From contig JAHLFI010000092.1 of assembly GCA_018883865.1 (NCBI GenBank), positions 7,760-39,759 of the forward strand: DNA of 32,000 nucleotides. Reading direction: 5' to 3'. Shown here in pieces: positions 18,926 to 29,429 of this stretch. The position numbers and the translations under genes are program-made. The notes under the pieces were generated by a model that had not been told where the DNA came from, ran no database searches, and was given only the letters and a program-made list of their open reading frames with translations. The DNA is from Candidatus Oceanisphaera merdipullorum. GTDB taxonomy: Bacteria; Pseudomonadota; Gammaproteobacteria; Enterobacterales; Aeromonadaceae. Numbering within the stretch: the stretch's first letter is position 1; every line of letters starts with the position of its first letter.

Positions 18926-20011
18926 GTGACTCAGCAACGTATTTTATTTATCGACCGCGATGGCACCATGGTAGAAGAGCCGGCCGTCGACAAACAATTG
19001 GACCGTCTCGATAAGTTGGCGTTTTTGCCCAATCTGATCCCCGCCTTACTTAAGCTACAAGATGCAGGCTACAAGTTGGTGATGGTGACCAACCAAGACG
19101 GCTTAGGCACAGACAGCTTCCCGCAAGCGGACTTTGATGCGCCCCATAACCTGATGATGCAGATTTTGAATTCCCAAGGCGTGCATTTTCAGGACACCCT
19201 AATCTGCCCGCACTTTCAAGAAGACGACTGTAGCTGCCGCAAGCCACGCTTAGGTCTGGTGAAAGACTATCTGCAAATGGGTCGCATCGACTTTACCGAC
19301 TCTTGGGTCATTGGCGATCGCCACACCGACATTCAACTGGCCGAAAACATGGGCCTGCCGAGCTTTCACTACGGCCATGCCGATGCTGAAGGTCGGATCA
19401 TCGGCTGGAATGAAATCGTTGACAGCCTGTTAAGCCGTGGCCGCAAAGCCAGTGTAACGCGCACCACCAAAGAAACCGATATCAAGATTGCGCTGGATTT
19501 AGATACCCAAGGCGGCAGCCAGATCAATACCGGTCTGAACTTCTTCGATCATATGTTGGATCAAATTGCCACCCACGGCGGTTTTCAGCTCAACGTTCAA
19601 GTCGATGGTGACTTGCACATCGACGACCACCACACGGTTGAAGACACGGCGCTGGCCTTAGGCGAAGCCCTGCGCAAGGCGCTTGGCAACAAACGCGGCA
19701 TAGGTCGCTTTGGTTTTGTGCTGCCGATGGACGAATGCGAGGCGGCAGTCACGCTCGATTTATCCGGCCGCCCGTACATGTCGTTTGACGGCAAATTTAA
19801 CCAAGACAAAGTCGGCGATATGTCCGTGGAAATGGTGCCGCACTTTTTCCGCTCGTTAAGCGACAGCCTAGCCTGCAACATCCACCTAAAAGTGAGCGGT
19901 GATAACACCCATCACATGGTGGAAAGCACCTTTAAGAGCTTCGGCCGCGCGCTGCGCCAAGCACTCAAGGTGGAAGGCAATGAATTGCCGTCCAGCAAGG
20001 GGGTCTTGTGA
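18926..20011 (+). CDS. hisB: Bifunctional histidinol-phosphatase / imidazoleglycerol-phosphate dehydratase
   Basis: HAD motif FIDRDGT, followed by the IGPD motifs DDHHTVED and GDNTHH. The GTG start directly abuts the hisC stop. Confidence 0.95.
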   Translation: MTQQRILFIDRDGTMVEEPAVDKQLDRLDKLAFLPNLIPALLKLQDAGYKLVMVTNQDGLGTDSFPQADFDAPHNLMMQILNSQGVHFQDTLICPHFQEDDCSCRKPRLGLVKDYLQMGRIDFTDSWVIGDRHTDIQLAENMGLPSFHYGHADAEGRIIGWNEIVDSLLSRGRKASVTRTTKETDIKIALDLDTQGGSQINTGLNFFDHMLDQIATHGGFQLNVQVDGDLHIDDHHTVEDTALALGEALRKALGNKRGIGRFGFVLPMDECEAAVTLDLSGRPYMSFDGKFNQDKVGDMSVEMVPHFFRSLSDSLACNIHLKVSGDNTHHMVESTFKSFGRALRQALKVEGNELPSSKGVL

Positions 20012-20655
20012 GCGAAGCCACTAGCAACCAAACAAATAACATAGCAGCCAGCCATAACCCCAATATCAAGGTTGCCATTATTGATACCGGCTGCGCCAAT
20101 CTGTCCTCGGTGCGCTACGCCATCGAACGCTTAGGCTATAGCGTCACAGTAAGCCGCGCTCATGACGTCTTACTGGCAGCCGACAAGCTATTGCTGCCCG
20201 GCGTGGGTACTGCCTCTGAGGCCATGAAAAACCTAAAAGAGCGCAATCTGGTGGAACTCATCTGCCAATTGCAACAGCCGGTACTGGGCATTTGTCTCGG
20301 CATGCAGATGCTGGTCAAGCACTCAGCTGAAGGCGACGTGGACTGTTTAGGGTTGGTGGATGCCGAGTGTTTACACATGGAAGCGGATGATGGCGTGCGC
20401 TTGCCGCACATGGGCTGGAATCAAATTACGGCCATGCCCGAACATCCGCTGTTTAACGACATTCCCGATGGCAGCTATTTCTACTTCGTGCACTCCTATG
20501 CGGTGCCCGTGGGTGATTATACGCTGGCCAGCAGCCAACACGGCGCAGCCTTTAGTGCCGCCATCGGCAACGCCAATTTCTTTGGTGTGCAATTTCACCC
20601 CGAGCGCTCGGGTGCGGCCGGTGCACAACTGCTGAAAAATTTCTTGGAGCTGTAA
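20008..20655 (+). CDS. hisH: Imidazole glycerol phosphate synthase, glutaminase subunit
   Basis: Catalytic GICLGMQ and FHPERS. The GTG start overlaps the hisB stop (GTGA). It has a ~20-aa N-terminal extension relative to E. coli. Confidence 0.93.
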   Translation: MSEATSNQTNNIAASHNPNIKVAIIDTGCANLSSVRYAIERLGYSVTVSRAHDVLLAADKLLLPGVGTASEAMKNLKERNLVELICQLQQPVLGICLGMQMLVKHSAEGDVDCLGLVDAECLHMEADDGVRLPHMGWNQITAMPEHPLFNDIPDGSYFYFVHSYAVPVGDYTLASSQHGAAFSAAIGNANFFGVQFHPERSGAAGAQLLKNFLEL

Positions 20656-22143
<1,488 letters not shown>

Positions 22144-22151
<8 letters not shown>

Positions 22152-22773
22152 TGCTAAGCAAGTCTTAACGTTCGATGAAAGCCAACTGGATTGGGCCAAA
22201 GTAGACGGTTTAATGCCGGTGATAGTGCAAGACCGTCACAGCGGCCGCGTGTTAATGCTGGGCTACATGAACCCTGAAGCGCTGGCACTAAGCTTGGCTA
22301 CGCAGCAGGTGACCTTTTTCAGCCGCACTAAAAATCGTTTGTGGACCAAGGGCGAAAGCTCGGGCCATTATCTGCAGTTAGTCGACATTAGCACCGACTG
22401 CGATAACGATACCTTGCTGGCCATCGTAGAGCCAATTGGCCCGACTTGTCACCTAGGCAATATATCTTGCTTTAATGAACAAGTGGTACCTAGCCTCACC
22501 TTCTTGGCCGAGTTAGAACAAGTGATCGCCAGCCGTAAGGGTGCGGATCCTAAGTCCAGTTATACCGCCAGCCTGTACGCCAGTGGCACCAAGCGCATCG
22601 CGCAAAAAGTCGGTGAAGAAGGCGTAGAAACCGCCCTCGCCGCAACCGTGCACGATAAAGACGAGCTAGTGAATGAGTCGGCAGACTTGCTTTATCACTT
22701 AACCGTGTTGCTGCAGCAAGAAGAGCTGCAACTGAGTGATGTCATCAATAAGCTGCAAGAGCGCCATCGCTAA
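22144..22773 (+). CDS. hisI: Bifunctional phosphoribosyl-AMP cyclohydrolase / phosphoribosyl-ATP pyrophosphatase
   Basis: [28 protein letters not shown] and [24 protein letters not shown] are nearly identical to recalled E. coli HisIE. The start is a GTG. Confidence 0.95.
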
Positions 22774-22774
22774 A

Positions 22775-22802
22775 CCTTGTTTACGAGCCCTTGTTTACGA
22801 GC
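22775..22802 (+). repeat. Perfect 14-bp tandem duplication (CCTTGTTTACGAGC x2)
   Basis: Read directly. It begins 2 nt after the hisI stop codon. Confidence 0.9.
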
Positions 22803-22846
22803 TTAAGTTGCATACGAAAAATTGCAGCCTTAAGTTTGTACTGAGT

Positions 22847-22877
22847 AAAAAGCCGACCACGAGTCGGCTTTTTTTAT
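22847..22877 (+). terminator. his operon terminator
   Basis: AGCCGAC-cacga-GTCGGCT followed by TTTTTTT. Confidence 0.85.
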
Positions 22878-22949
22878 CGCCTCCATTACATCAAAAAGTT
22901 AAACGCCCCATAAAAATAACCGCGACTGTCTAAAATCTCTCGTGAAAAA

Positions 22950-22978
22950 ACCGCGCACAACCAAAGTTTATGTTAAAT
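22950..22978 (+). other. dif-like Xer recombination site with an atypical 7-bp spacer
   Basis: Reads ACCGCGCACAA-CCAAAGT-TTATGTTAAAT. The right arm matches the E. coli dif XerD arm TTATGTTAAAT at 11/11. The left arm matches GGTGCGCATAA at 7/11, and only when a 7-bp central region is allowed. Confidence 0.35.
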
Positions 22979-23040
22979 TAAAAACGTTAACCCCATATTA
23001 ATACTAAACATATCTTCACTCTCTAAGTCACAAAATGCGC

Positions 23041-23056
23041 TGTGTAAGCTATCACA
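23041..23056. promoter_or_regulatory. CRP-like binding site
   Basis: TGTGT-AAGCTA-TCACA against the consensus TGTGA-N6-TCACA (9/10). It lies 227 bp upstream of the tus ATG. Confidence 0.4.
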
Positions 23057-23092
23057 AAAATAGACACAGCTCTGGTAGTCAGGGGGCTATCA

Positions 23093-23124
23093 ACAAACGG
23101 TTTTATAAACAAACGGGTCTATAA
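23093..23124 (+). repeat. Imperfect 16-bp tandem repeat
   Basis: ACAAACGGTTTTATAA / ACAAACGGGTCTATAA (14/16 identical). A partial third copy, GGTTTTTATAG, lies at 23148-23158. Confidence 0.8.
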
Positions 23125-23260
23125 AAAAGTCTCGGCGGCGGCGGATGGTTTTTATAGCTAGTCCCAGAGATAAGGTATCAAATAGTTAATTTAGCTTGGT
23201 GTTAGAGGCTAGCTTAATAAACTTGCTCAACCTGTAACTGGCTGCTAAATTGAGTAACAC

Positions 23261-23280
23261 ACAATGTATGTTGGCATAAA
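23261..23280 (+). promoter_or_regulatory. Ter-like half match overlapping the tus ribosome-binding region (possible autoregulatory operator)
   Basis: GTATGTTGGCATAAA (23266-23280) against TerB positions 6-20 GTATGTTGTAACTAA. Positions 6-13 match exactly, but T14, A15, C17 and T18 differ. It has the same orientation and promoter-proximal position as TerB at E. coli tus. Confidence 0.25.
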
Positions 23281-23282
23281 TT

Positions 23283-24212
23283 ATGGCTTCTCCAGATATC
23301 ATTCCCACCTTTAGCCCAGCGGCGCGCTTAATACAGGTTTTTACTGCACTCGAACAAGCACTAACTGCCCTTAATGATTGGTTACGCCAGCAAGCAGCAC
23401 TGGGGCACGTTAAAACACGCTGCTTTGTCCTGCCTGCGGTGGCCATGGGTGATGAGCATGAGCCGATCAGCCACATTCAAGTCAGCCCGCTATTCGGCGA
23501 GGAAGCGCTTAACGCAGCCTTAAGCAGCTATCAACAGTGGTTTATTCAGCCTAATCATTCGGCCAAGGCCAGCTTTCGCCAGCCCGGCTATTTACTGCTG
23601 CCCTCTCAGCTTAAAGCTGAGCTACAGCGCTTCATTACGCAGATTAACGCCTTAAAAACCCAGTTTAAGGCCGAGGTGCAAGCCGCGGGCGGGCGAGATC
23701 AAAAGTTCACCTTAGTGCACGACACTTTACCTGGTCTTATCACGCTGCAAGTCTATCGTCACTTGGTGTTATTGCCCCACGCTACCTCACGCTTAGGCTT
23801 TACTTGGGCCAATAAGCAGATTATTCAAAAAATTGATAAAGACGCCTTAGTCGCACAGCTCATGATGTCACGCCTGTTGCCGCCGCCGCTCACAGACGAG
23901 CAGACCTGGCTGCAATGTGTGGATCGGGAAATTTATGATGTAAAGCGTCTGCCCGCCAATACCGAGCTACGCTTGCGCCGCCCCGTTAAAACCCACCCCA
24001 TGGTGAACGTGCGCTGGCAAGAGGAGATCACGCCACGCCAGCAACAAGTTAAGGCGCATCTGCCGCTGTTACTCTGCCAAGATGATGCCCCCACCATTAC
24101 CGAATTAGCCGATTATCCGCCCACCCAAGTTCGTGCGCGGCGTGCAGCCAGCATTATCGATGAACCCTTGATCCCTAGGTTACATATCTATCCCTATCAG
24201 CCCAAAAAATAA
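23283..24212 (+). CDS. tus: DNA replication terminus site-binding protein Tus
   Basis: 309 aa, the same length as E. coli Tus. Colinear conserved blocks: DEHEP (E49 region), FIQ (I79), FTLVHDTLPGLITLQVYR vs FEWVHRHLPGLITLNAYR, GFTWANKQII vs FGWANKHII, RRPVKTHP vs KRPVKVQP, and IPRLHIY vs IPRLHLY. Confidence 0.9.
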   Translation: MASPDIIPTFSPAARLIQVFTALEQALTALNDWLRQQAALGHVKTRCFVLPAVAMGDEHEPISHIQVSPLFGEEALNAALSSYQQWFIQPNHSAKASFRQPGYLLLPSQLKAELQRFITQINALKTQFKAEVQAAGGRDQKFTLVHDTLPGLITLQVYRHLVLLPHATSRLGFTWANKQIIQKIDKDALVAQLMMSRLLPPPLTDEQTWLQCVDREIYDVKRLPANTELRLRRPVKTHPMVNVRWQEEITPRQQQVKAHLPLLLCQDDAPTITELADYPPTQVRARRAASIIDEPLIPRLHIYPYQPKK

Positions 24213-24407
24213 TGTGCAACACCGCAGCCTTAAGCGGCCAGAAAAATAACTTTTTTTATCGGCAAGGCCGCAAAGCCATTTTGTAATGCCCGCGCAAATG
24301 TTATAACTAGCGGGTTCCCGTTCGGGTTTATTGCTTACTTAGGTTATTACCTCTAGGTTGCTATGCCGAGCGCGATAACCTCTTTATCACAAGGATTGAA
24401 TAACGCT

Positions 24408-25598
24408 ATGTTTGAAAAGGTCACTGCTGCACCGGCCGACCCTATTTTGGGCCTGACCGACATTTTTCGTAACGATCCTCGTGCCCATAAAATCAACTTG
24501 GGCGTGGGCATTTATAAAGACGAAGCCGGTCAAACCCCGGTGCTGCGTTGCGTCAAAAAAGCCGAAGCCCGCTTGGTTGCCGAGCAAACCACCAAAAACT
24601 ACCTCAGCATTGAAGGCGTTCAAGCCTATGCGGACGTAGTACAAAAACTGTTGTTTGGTGACAACGCCGCCATTATTAGCGAACAACGCGCCCGCACCGC
24701 TCAGTCGCCAGGCGGCACGGGTGCGCTGCGCATTGCCGGTGAGTTTATTGCCCGCAAGCTCGACACCAACACCATCTGGATCTCAAACCCTACGTGGGCC
24801 AACCACAGAGCGGTATTTGAGGCCTCGGGCTTAGAAGTTAAAGAGTACGGTTATTACGATGCCGACGCCAAAGACTTAGACTTTGATGCCATGCTGGCGG
24901 ATTTAGCTCACGCCAAAGCCGGTGATGCTGTGCTGCTGCACGGTTGCTGCCATAACCCGACCGGCATCGACCCGACTCCTGCCCAGTGGGAGCAGTTGGC
25001 AAAGCTGTCCGCCGAGAAAGGCTGGTTGCCGCTGTTTGACTTCGCCTATCAAGGCTTTGGCAAGGGCATAGACGAAGACGCCTATGGCTTGCGCGTATTC
25101 GCCGAGCACAATAAAGAGTTGCTGATTGCCAGCTCCTTCTCTAAAAACTTCGGCATGTATAACGAGCGCGTAGGTGCCTTTACCCTCGTCGCCAAAAACG
25201 CCGAAACGGCCAACACCAGTTTTAGCCAAGTTAAAGCCATCATTCGCGCCATCTACTCCAATCCACCGGCCCACGGCGCCAATGTGATTGCCATGATAGC
25301 CGAAGATCCCGCTCTGTATGCCGACTGGTTGGCAGAGTTGGCCGAGATGCGTGAACGTATTCAAGAAATGCGCACTCTGTTTGTCGAGAAATTGGCCAGC
25401 CGTGGTGTGAGCCGCGACTTTAGCTTTATTGCCCGCCAAAACGGCATGTTCTCTTTCTCTGGCTTAACCAAAGAGCAAGTGAAGCGCTTAAACGACGAGT
25501 TTGCGATTTATATCGTCGGCTCAGGCCGCATCAGCGTGGCTGGCATTACCAAGAACAATATAGATGCACTGTGCGACGGTATTGCCGCGGTTTTGTAA
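24408..25598 (+). CDS. aspC: Aspartate aminotransferase
   Basis: [25 protein letters not shown], and the [17 protein letters not shown]-lysine block closely match recalled E. coli AspC, more closely than TyrB. The ORF-track start at 24363 adds 15 unconserved codons. Confidence 0.88.
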   Translation: MFEKVTAAPADPILGLTDIFRNDPRAHKINLGVGIYKDEAGQTPVLRCVKKAEARLVAEQTTKNYLSIEGVQAYADVVQKLLFGDNAAIISEQRARTAQSPGGTGALRIAGEFIARKLDTNTIWISNPTWANHRAVFEASGLEVKEYGYYDADAKDLDFDAMLADLAHAKAGDAVLLHGCCHNPTGIDPTPAQWEQLAKLSAEKGWLPLFDFAYQGFGKGIDEDAYGLRVFAEHNKELLIASSFSKNFGMYNERVGAFTLVAKNAETANTSFSQVKAIIRAIYSNPPAHGANVIAMIAEDPALYADWLAELAEMRERIQEMRTLFVEKLASRGVSRDFSFIARQNGMFSFSGLTKEQVKRLNDEFAIYIVGSGRISVAGITKNNIDALCDGIAAVL

Positions 25599-25636
25599 GC
25601 AACAAGCTTTGTAATAGCGCTGTTATATAAACGCAT

Positions 25637-25666
25637 AAAAAAACCCCGCACTGCGGGGTTTTTTAT
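25637..25666. terminator. Bidirectional terminator between aspC and the MCP gene
   Basis: AAAAAAACCCCGCA-c-TGCGGGGTTTTTT. Confidence 0.85.
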
Positions 25667-25685
25667 TGGCCAATGACCATGCACA

Positions 25686-27323
25686 CTAAATCACAAAGCG
25701 GTTAACCAAGCCACTCAAATCACCTGCTAAGCGCGCCAATTCTTGGCTAGACGCACTGGTTTGATTTGAACCTGCCGCACTTTGTGCCGATAAATCTTGG
25801 ATATTATTGAGGTTAACATCAACCTCGCGCGCCACCTGTGCCTGTTGCTCGGCGGCACCGGCGATGGCGATATTACGGTCATTAATCAAGGCAATGGCAC
25901 TGGCAATTTCCCCTAGCGCGTCCCCGGCCTCACGTGCAGTCAATAAGGTGGAGTGACTGAGATCATTACTACTTTTCATGCCAGTCACCGCATGTTGTGA
26001 GCTGGTTTGTACCGCTTTGATCATCTGCTCAATTTCTGTGGTCGACTCTTGAGTACGTTGTGCCAAGGCGCGTACTTCGTCGGCGACCACCGCAAACCCC
26101 CGCCCCGACTCTCCGGCTCTGGCCGCCTCAATGGCGGCATTCAGTGCTAACAAGTTGGTTTGATCAGCAATGGCATGAATAACATCTAACACCTGAGTAA
26201 TTTGCTCGGCTTGGTTAGCTAACAAATTAATGTCGTTCATGCTGCCATTTAACTCAGTAGCGAGCACCTCGATAGCACTTAAGGTAGAACCTACTCGGTC
26301 TCGACCAAATTGGGTACGCTCATCCGCAGACTCAGACTCGCGAGACGTTTCAGCCGCATTGCGCGCCACCTCTTCGGCGGCCGAGGTCATTTGCGTCACG
26401 GCGGTCACCGCCAATTCCAGCTCTTGATTTTGCAATTGCAGCCCCCGACTCGCATCGGTGGAGACCAAACTTAACTCTTCAGAGGTAGAAGCAAGCTGCT
26501 GAGATGAGTCGACAATTTGCTTAACCGTGTGCTGTAAACTTAACGACATCTCGGCCAAAGCCTGCATCAACTGTGCTGGCTCATCACGCCCGATCACCAC
26601 GGGCACTTGCGTCAAATCGCCGGCGGCGATGACTTTGGCTAAGCGCACGCCATCCGCTAGGGGCCTAACGATGCTACGCGTAAGCAGCAGGGCCAAGGCC
26701 AACATACCGAACACTGCCAGCACAATAATCCCGACCACCATGAGCTTGGCATTACCATAAATAACATCGGTTTGGCTATTAGCACTAATAATACGTTGCT
26801 CAAGTTCATCCGTTAACTGTTGCAGCGTGTTCATTACCTCATCGCTAGCCGCACTCATTTGGATGCGTGATAAGGTCGCGGCTTCCTCTACGCGGCCGGC
26901 AGCGGATAAACGGCGACCTTCATGATTTAATTGCAAATAGCTGGCTTGTTGGCTCTTAAGCCGCTCAAATTGCCGCTTATCCTCGGCATGCAAGCCCATG
27001 GCTTCATAGGCTGCATCACTCGCTGCCATTTGTTTCTCTAAGCTTTCTAACCGCGTGGTAAGGATGCGCTGAATATCAGGATCGGTAGAATGGATCAGTG
27101 CTAAAGTATTTAAGCGCACTTGCAGGAAAGATTTACTGATGTCGCTAATATGATTGAGGCTGGGCACTCGTTCGGTGGCGATAATCGTAATTTGTTCATT
27201 CAATTTTTTTAACTGCATCAGGCTAATGCCACCGAGCAACAGCATTAATAAACCGATCAACGCAAAGGCTAAGGATGAACGCAAGCCTATCCCTATATTA
27301 CGCAGCCCTTTTATAAGCAGCAT
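25686..27323 (-). CDS. Methyl-accepting chemotaxis protein (4HB-type sensor, HAMP, MA domain)
   Basis: Two TM segments flank a ~150-aa helical periplasmic region, and the conserved signalling hairpin [36 protein letters not shown] is present. AAGGAA lies 6 nt upstream of the ATG at 27323. The ORF-track start at 27401 is a GTG without an RBS. Confidence 0.9.
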   Translation of the reverse strand: MLLIKGLRNIGIGLRSSLAFALIGLLMLLLGGISLMQLKKLNEQITIIATERVPSLNHISDISKSFLQVRLNTLALIHSTDPDIQRILTTRLESLEKQMAASDAAYEAMGLHAEDKRQFERLKSQQASYLQLNHEGRRLSAAGRVEEAATLSRIQMSAASDEVMNTLQQLTDELEQRIISANSQTDVIYGNAKLMVVGIIVLAVFGMLALALLLTRSIVRPLADGVRLAKVIAAGDLTQVPVVIGRDEPAQLMQALAEMSLSLQHTVKQIVDSSQQLASTSEELSLVSTDASRGLQLQNQELELAVTAVTQMTSAAEEVARNAAETSRESESADERTQFGRDRVGSTLSAIEVLATELNGSMNDINLLANQAEQITQVLDVIHAIADQTNLLALNAAIEAARAGESGRGFAVVADEVRALAQRTQESTTEIEQMIKAVQTSSQHAVTGMKSSNDLSHSTLLTAREAGDALGEIASAIALINDRNIAIAGAAEQQAQVAREVDVNLNNIQDLSAQSAAGSNQTSASSQELARLAGDLSGLVNRFVI

Positions 27324-27480
27324 AGTCATTTCCTTATTTAATAAAAACTGGCTGAGCATTTTCTCCGCCACCGCCCAATAGTGTCTATTAACCAGTCGCA
27401 CAATAACATGCGACTTTAGTTCAGCATTAACAGTTAACCAATTTTATAATCAACATGTAAGCAAACACATTAATTACTAA

Positions 27481-27520
27481 AAGTAACAAAAGGCAACAAA
27501 AGGCAACAAAAGGCAACAAA
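27481..27520. repeat. 10-bp tandem repeat, three perfect copies plus one imperfect copy
   Basis: AAGTAACAAA AGGCAACAAA AGGCAACAAA AGGCAACAAA. The A-tracts are phased at one helical turn. Confidence 0.9.
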
Positions 27521-27566
27521 AGAATATAAATTACAACATTACTTGGCTGCATAGGCTTATTTATCT

Positions 27567-29429
27567 TTAGCTCTGATAGTCGTTATTATTTAAACGCACC
27601 ACGCAACCAAGGCCCTTTATCTTGCTATCGGCCTTGGCATGATACATGGCATTATCGGCACGCGTTAATAAGGTCGCAGCCGTATCGCCGTCTTCTGGAT
27701 ATAAGGCGATACCGATGGAAGCCGTCACTTGTAATGTATGTTTCCCCCAGCTAAACGGCTCAGCAATTAACGTGAGTAATGAATTTGCCAGAGAAAAAGC
27801 GACACTGTCGTCGGTAATGTCATCCAACAAAACAACAAACTCATCACCGCCCATACGCGCGCAGCAATCGGTAGCTCGAAAACGTGACATTAAGCGATCG
27901 CCTAACGCCACTAACAAAGCATCGCCCGCATCGTGTCCGTGAGTATCATTCACCGCCTTAAAACCATTCAGATCAATAAACAACAACGCAAAGGATACCT
28001 GTTGCCGCTGAGCACGATAAATACTGCGCTGTAATTGCTCATTGAGCAGGCTACGATTCGCCAAGCCGGTAAGTGAATCATAGAGAGCCAATTGTTTGAT
28101 TTGCTCTTGCTGTAACTGGCGCTCAAGAATTAATGCTGTGAGGTGACCGATACGCTGGATCATCATCTTTTCATGGGGGCAAGGGCTACTCTTATAGCGC
28201 GGAAATACCACCAGCAAATTTTGCGACACGTCAGGATTAACCTGAATAGGCATCAGCCAGCAACCGGCCATTTTATATTCTTTAGCGAGCGCCAGCCAAG
28301 GTTGCCAACGGGCGCTCTTTGGCTGCACATTAAATATTTGTAACTGACCAAGATCCAACCCGCCCCGTAATACCCGCAATAAGCGGTCGCTTTGTAATTC
28401 ATGTAACTGCTCACAAAAGCGGTCGGGCAGCCTGGGGCCATTACGAACCTGTAATTTATTTTGGGCATCTATTTGCACTACTGCCACCCGGCAAGACTCA
28501 AGCTGGCGCTCTAACGCTAAACAAGCGTGATTGAGTATATTATCCGCCTGTTCATTACCCGCCGCCATTTCCAGCATTTCGCGTTCTAAACGCAGTAACG
28601 CATCGGCACGCTCACGCTCGGTAATATCTTGACCGGTATAAATCAAATAATGCAGGGGACCATCCGCTTCCTTTACCGCTTTTACCGTCCAACGTACATA
28701 AATGGCTTCATCAAATGAATTGGTCATGCGACAGTTAAAAGAACGTGCTTCACCCGTCATGGTATGATGACCCGATAAATGCTTAAAACTGTCTAGTCCA
28801 AGCAGCATCTTTAAGGGCTGGCCAATGAGTTGCGCTTGACTTAAGCCGGTATTTAATTCGGCACTGTGATTCATATTAATAATAAACCCTGCCGAATCTG
28901 TCACCACCACAAGCGCACTGATGGTTTCGAGTACAGTGTCTATAAACTGCTTTTCCTCGGACTGCGTTTTATGGGCTTGACGCAATGCTTGCTGCTGTTC
29001 GCGCAAATGGCGCTCGCGGCGCACCGCATTAGTGATGTCGTGCACTTGCATCAATAACGCCACTTCGCCTTGGCGAATGGAGCGCAGCACCAAAGAGTGA
29101 AAGATAGGCGTTAATGCCACAGGACTTTGTAAAGGCAGCAATTGACCGTGGAGCTGATAAGACAGCACTCGGGATAAACCTGACTCGCACGCGCCTTGAA
29201 TAGACTCGAGCAACACGCTAGGCAAAAGCTCAGCAAACAGGCTTTCTAGGGTTTTCCCCACCGCCTGCTCCGCCGTAATACCGCTGTAACGCACCAACCA
29301 CTGGTTCCAGAACAGCACCTTTTGCTGACTGTCGAGCAGCGCAACACCGTTTTCAATATGCTCAAGGCCAAGCGAGCATAAATCAACACACGCTGTCGGT
29401 GAGATCCCCGGTTGATGCATGTCCGTCAT
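27567..29429 (-). CDS. PAS-PAS-GAF-GGDEF diguanylate cyclase
   Basis: The C-terminal GGDEF domain is intact (RMGGDEFVVLL), with an RxxD I-site (RATD) five residues upstream. There are two PAS-like segments and a GAF-like segment N-terminal to it. No EAL or HD-GYP domain is present. Confidence 0.88.
   Translation of the reverse strand: MTDMHQPGISPTACVDLCSLGLEHIENGVALLDSQQKVLFWNQWLVRYSGITAEQAVGKTLESLFAELLPSVLLESIQGACESGLSRVLSYQLHGQLLPLQSPVALTPIFHSLVLRSIRQGEVALLMQVHDITNAVRRERHLREQQQALRQAHKTQSEEKQFIDTVLETISALVVVTDSAGFIINMNHSAELNTGLSQAQLIGQPLKMLLGLDSFKHLSGHHTMTGEARSFNCRMTNSFDEAIYVRWTVKAVKEADGPLHYLIYTGQDITERERADALLRLEREMLEMAAGNEQADNILNHACLALERQLESCRVAVVQIDAQNKLQVRNGPRLPDRFCEQLHELQSDRLLRVLRGGLDLGQLQIFNVQPKSARWQPWLALAKEYKMAGCWLMPIQVNPDVSQNLLVVFPRYKSSPCPHEKMMIQRIGHLTALILERQLQQEQIKQLALYDSLTGLANRSLLNEQLQRSIYRAQRQQVSFALLFIDLNGFKAVNDTHGHDAGDALLVALGDRLMSRFRATDCCARMGGDEFVVLLDDITDDSVAFSLANSLLTLIAEPFSWGKHTLQVTASIGIALYPEDGDTAATLLTRADNAMYHAKADSKIKGLGCVVRLNNNDYQS

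Noticed and set aside
23233-23241. TGTAACTGG upstream of tus, resembling the right half of the Ter core.
   Set aside because: Only a 7-mer (TGTAACT) matches, and positions 10-11 and 19-20 do not. About 4 such hits are expected by chance in the window.
27392-27418. A sigma28-like promoter on the minus strand upstream of the MCP gene: TAAAGTCG-N11-GCGACTGG.
   Set aside because: The spacing and -35 element fit, but the -10 element matches GCCGATAA at only 3/8. The apparent match is produced by the AGTCGCA/TGCGACT inverted repeat.
27525-27546. The minus strand reads CCAAGTAATGTTGTAATTTATA, containing the 9-bp Ter core ATGTTGTAA with T at position 17 (allowed by the GNRNGTTGTAAYKA consensus).
   Set aside because: Position 6 is T rather than the G whose partner C forms the Tus lock, and position 19 is T. 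The orientation is opposite to the fadD and tus-proximal sites. Together those sites would block forks from both sides and leave the interval unreplicable. It is most likely a chance core match in AT-rich spacer DNA.
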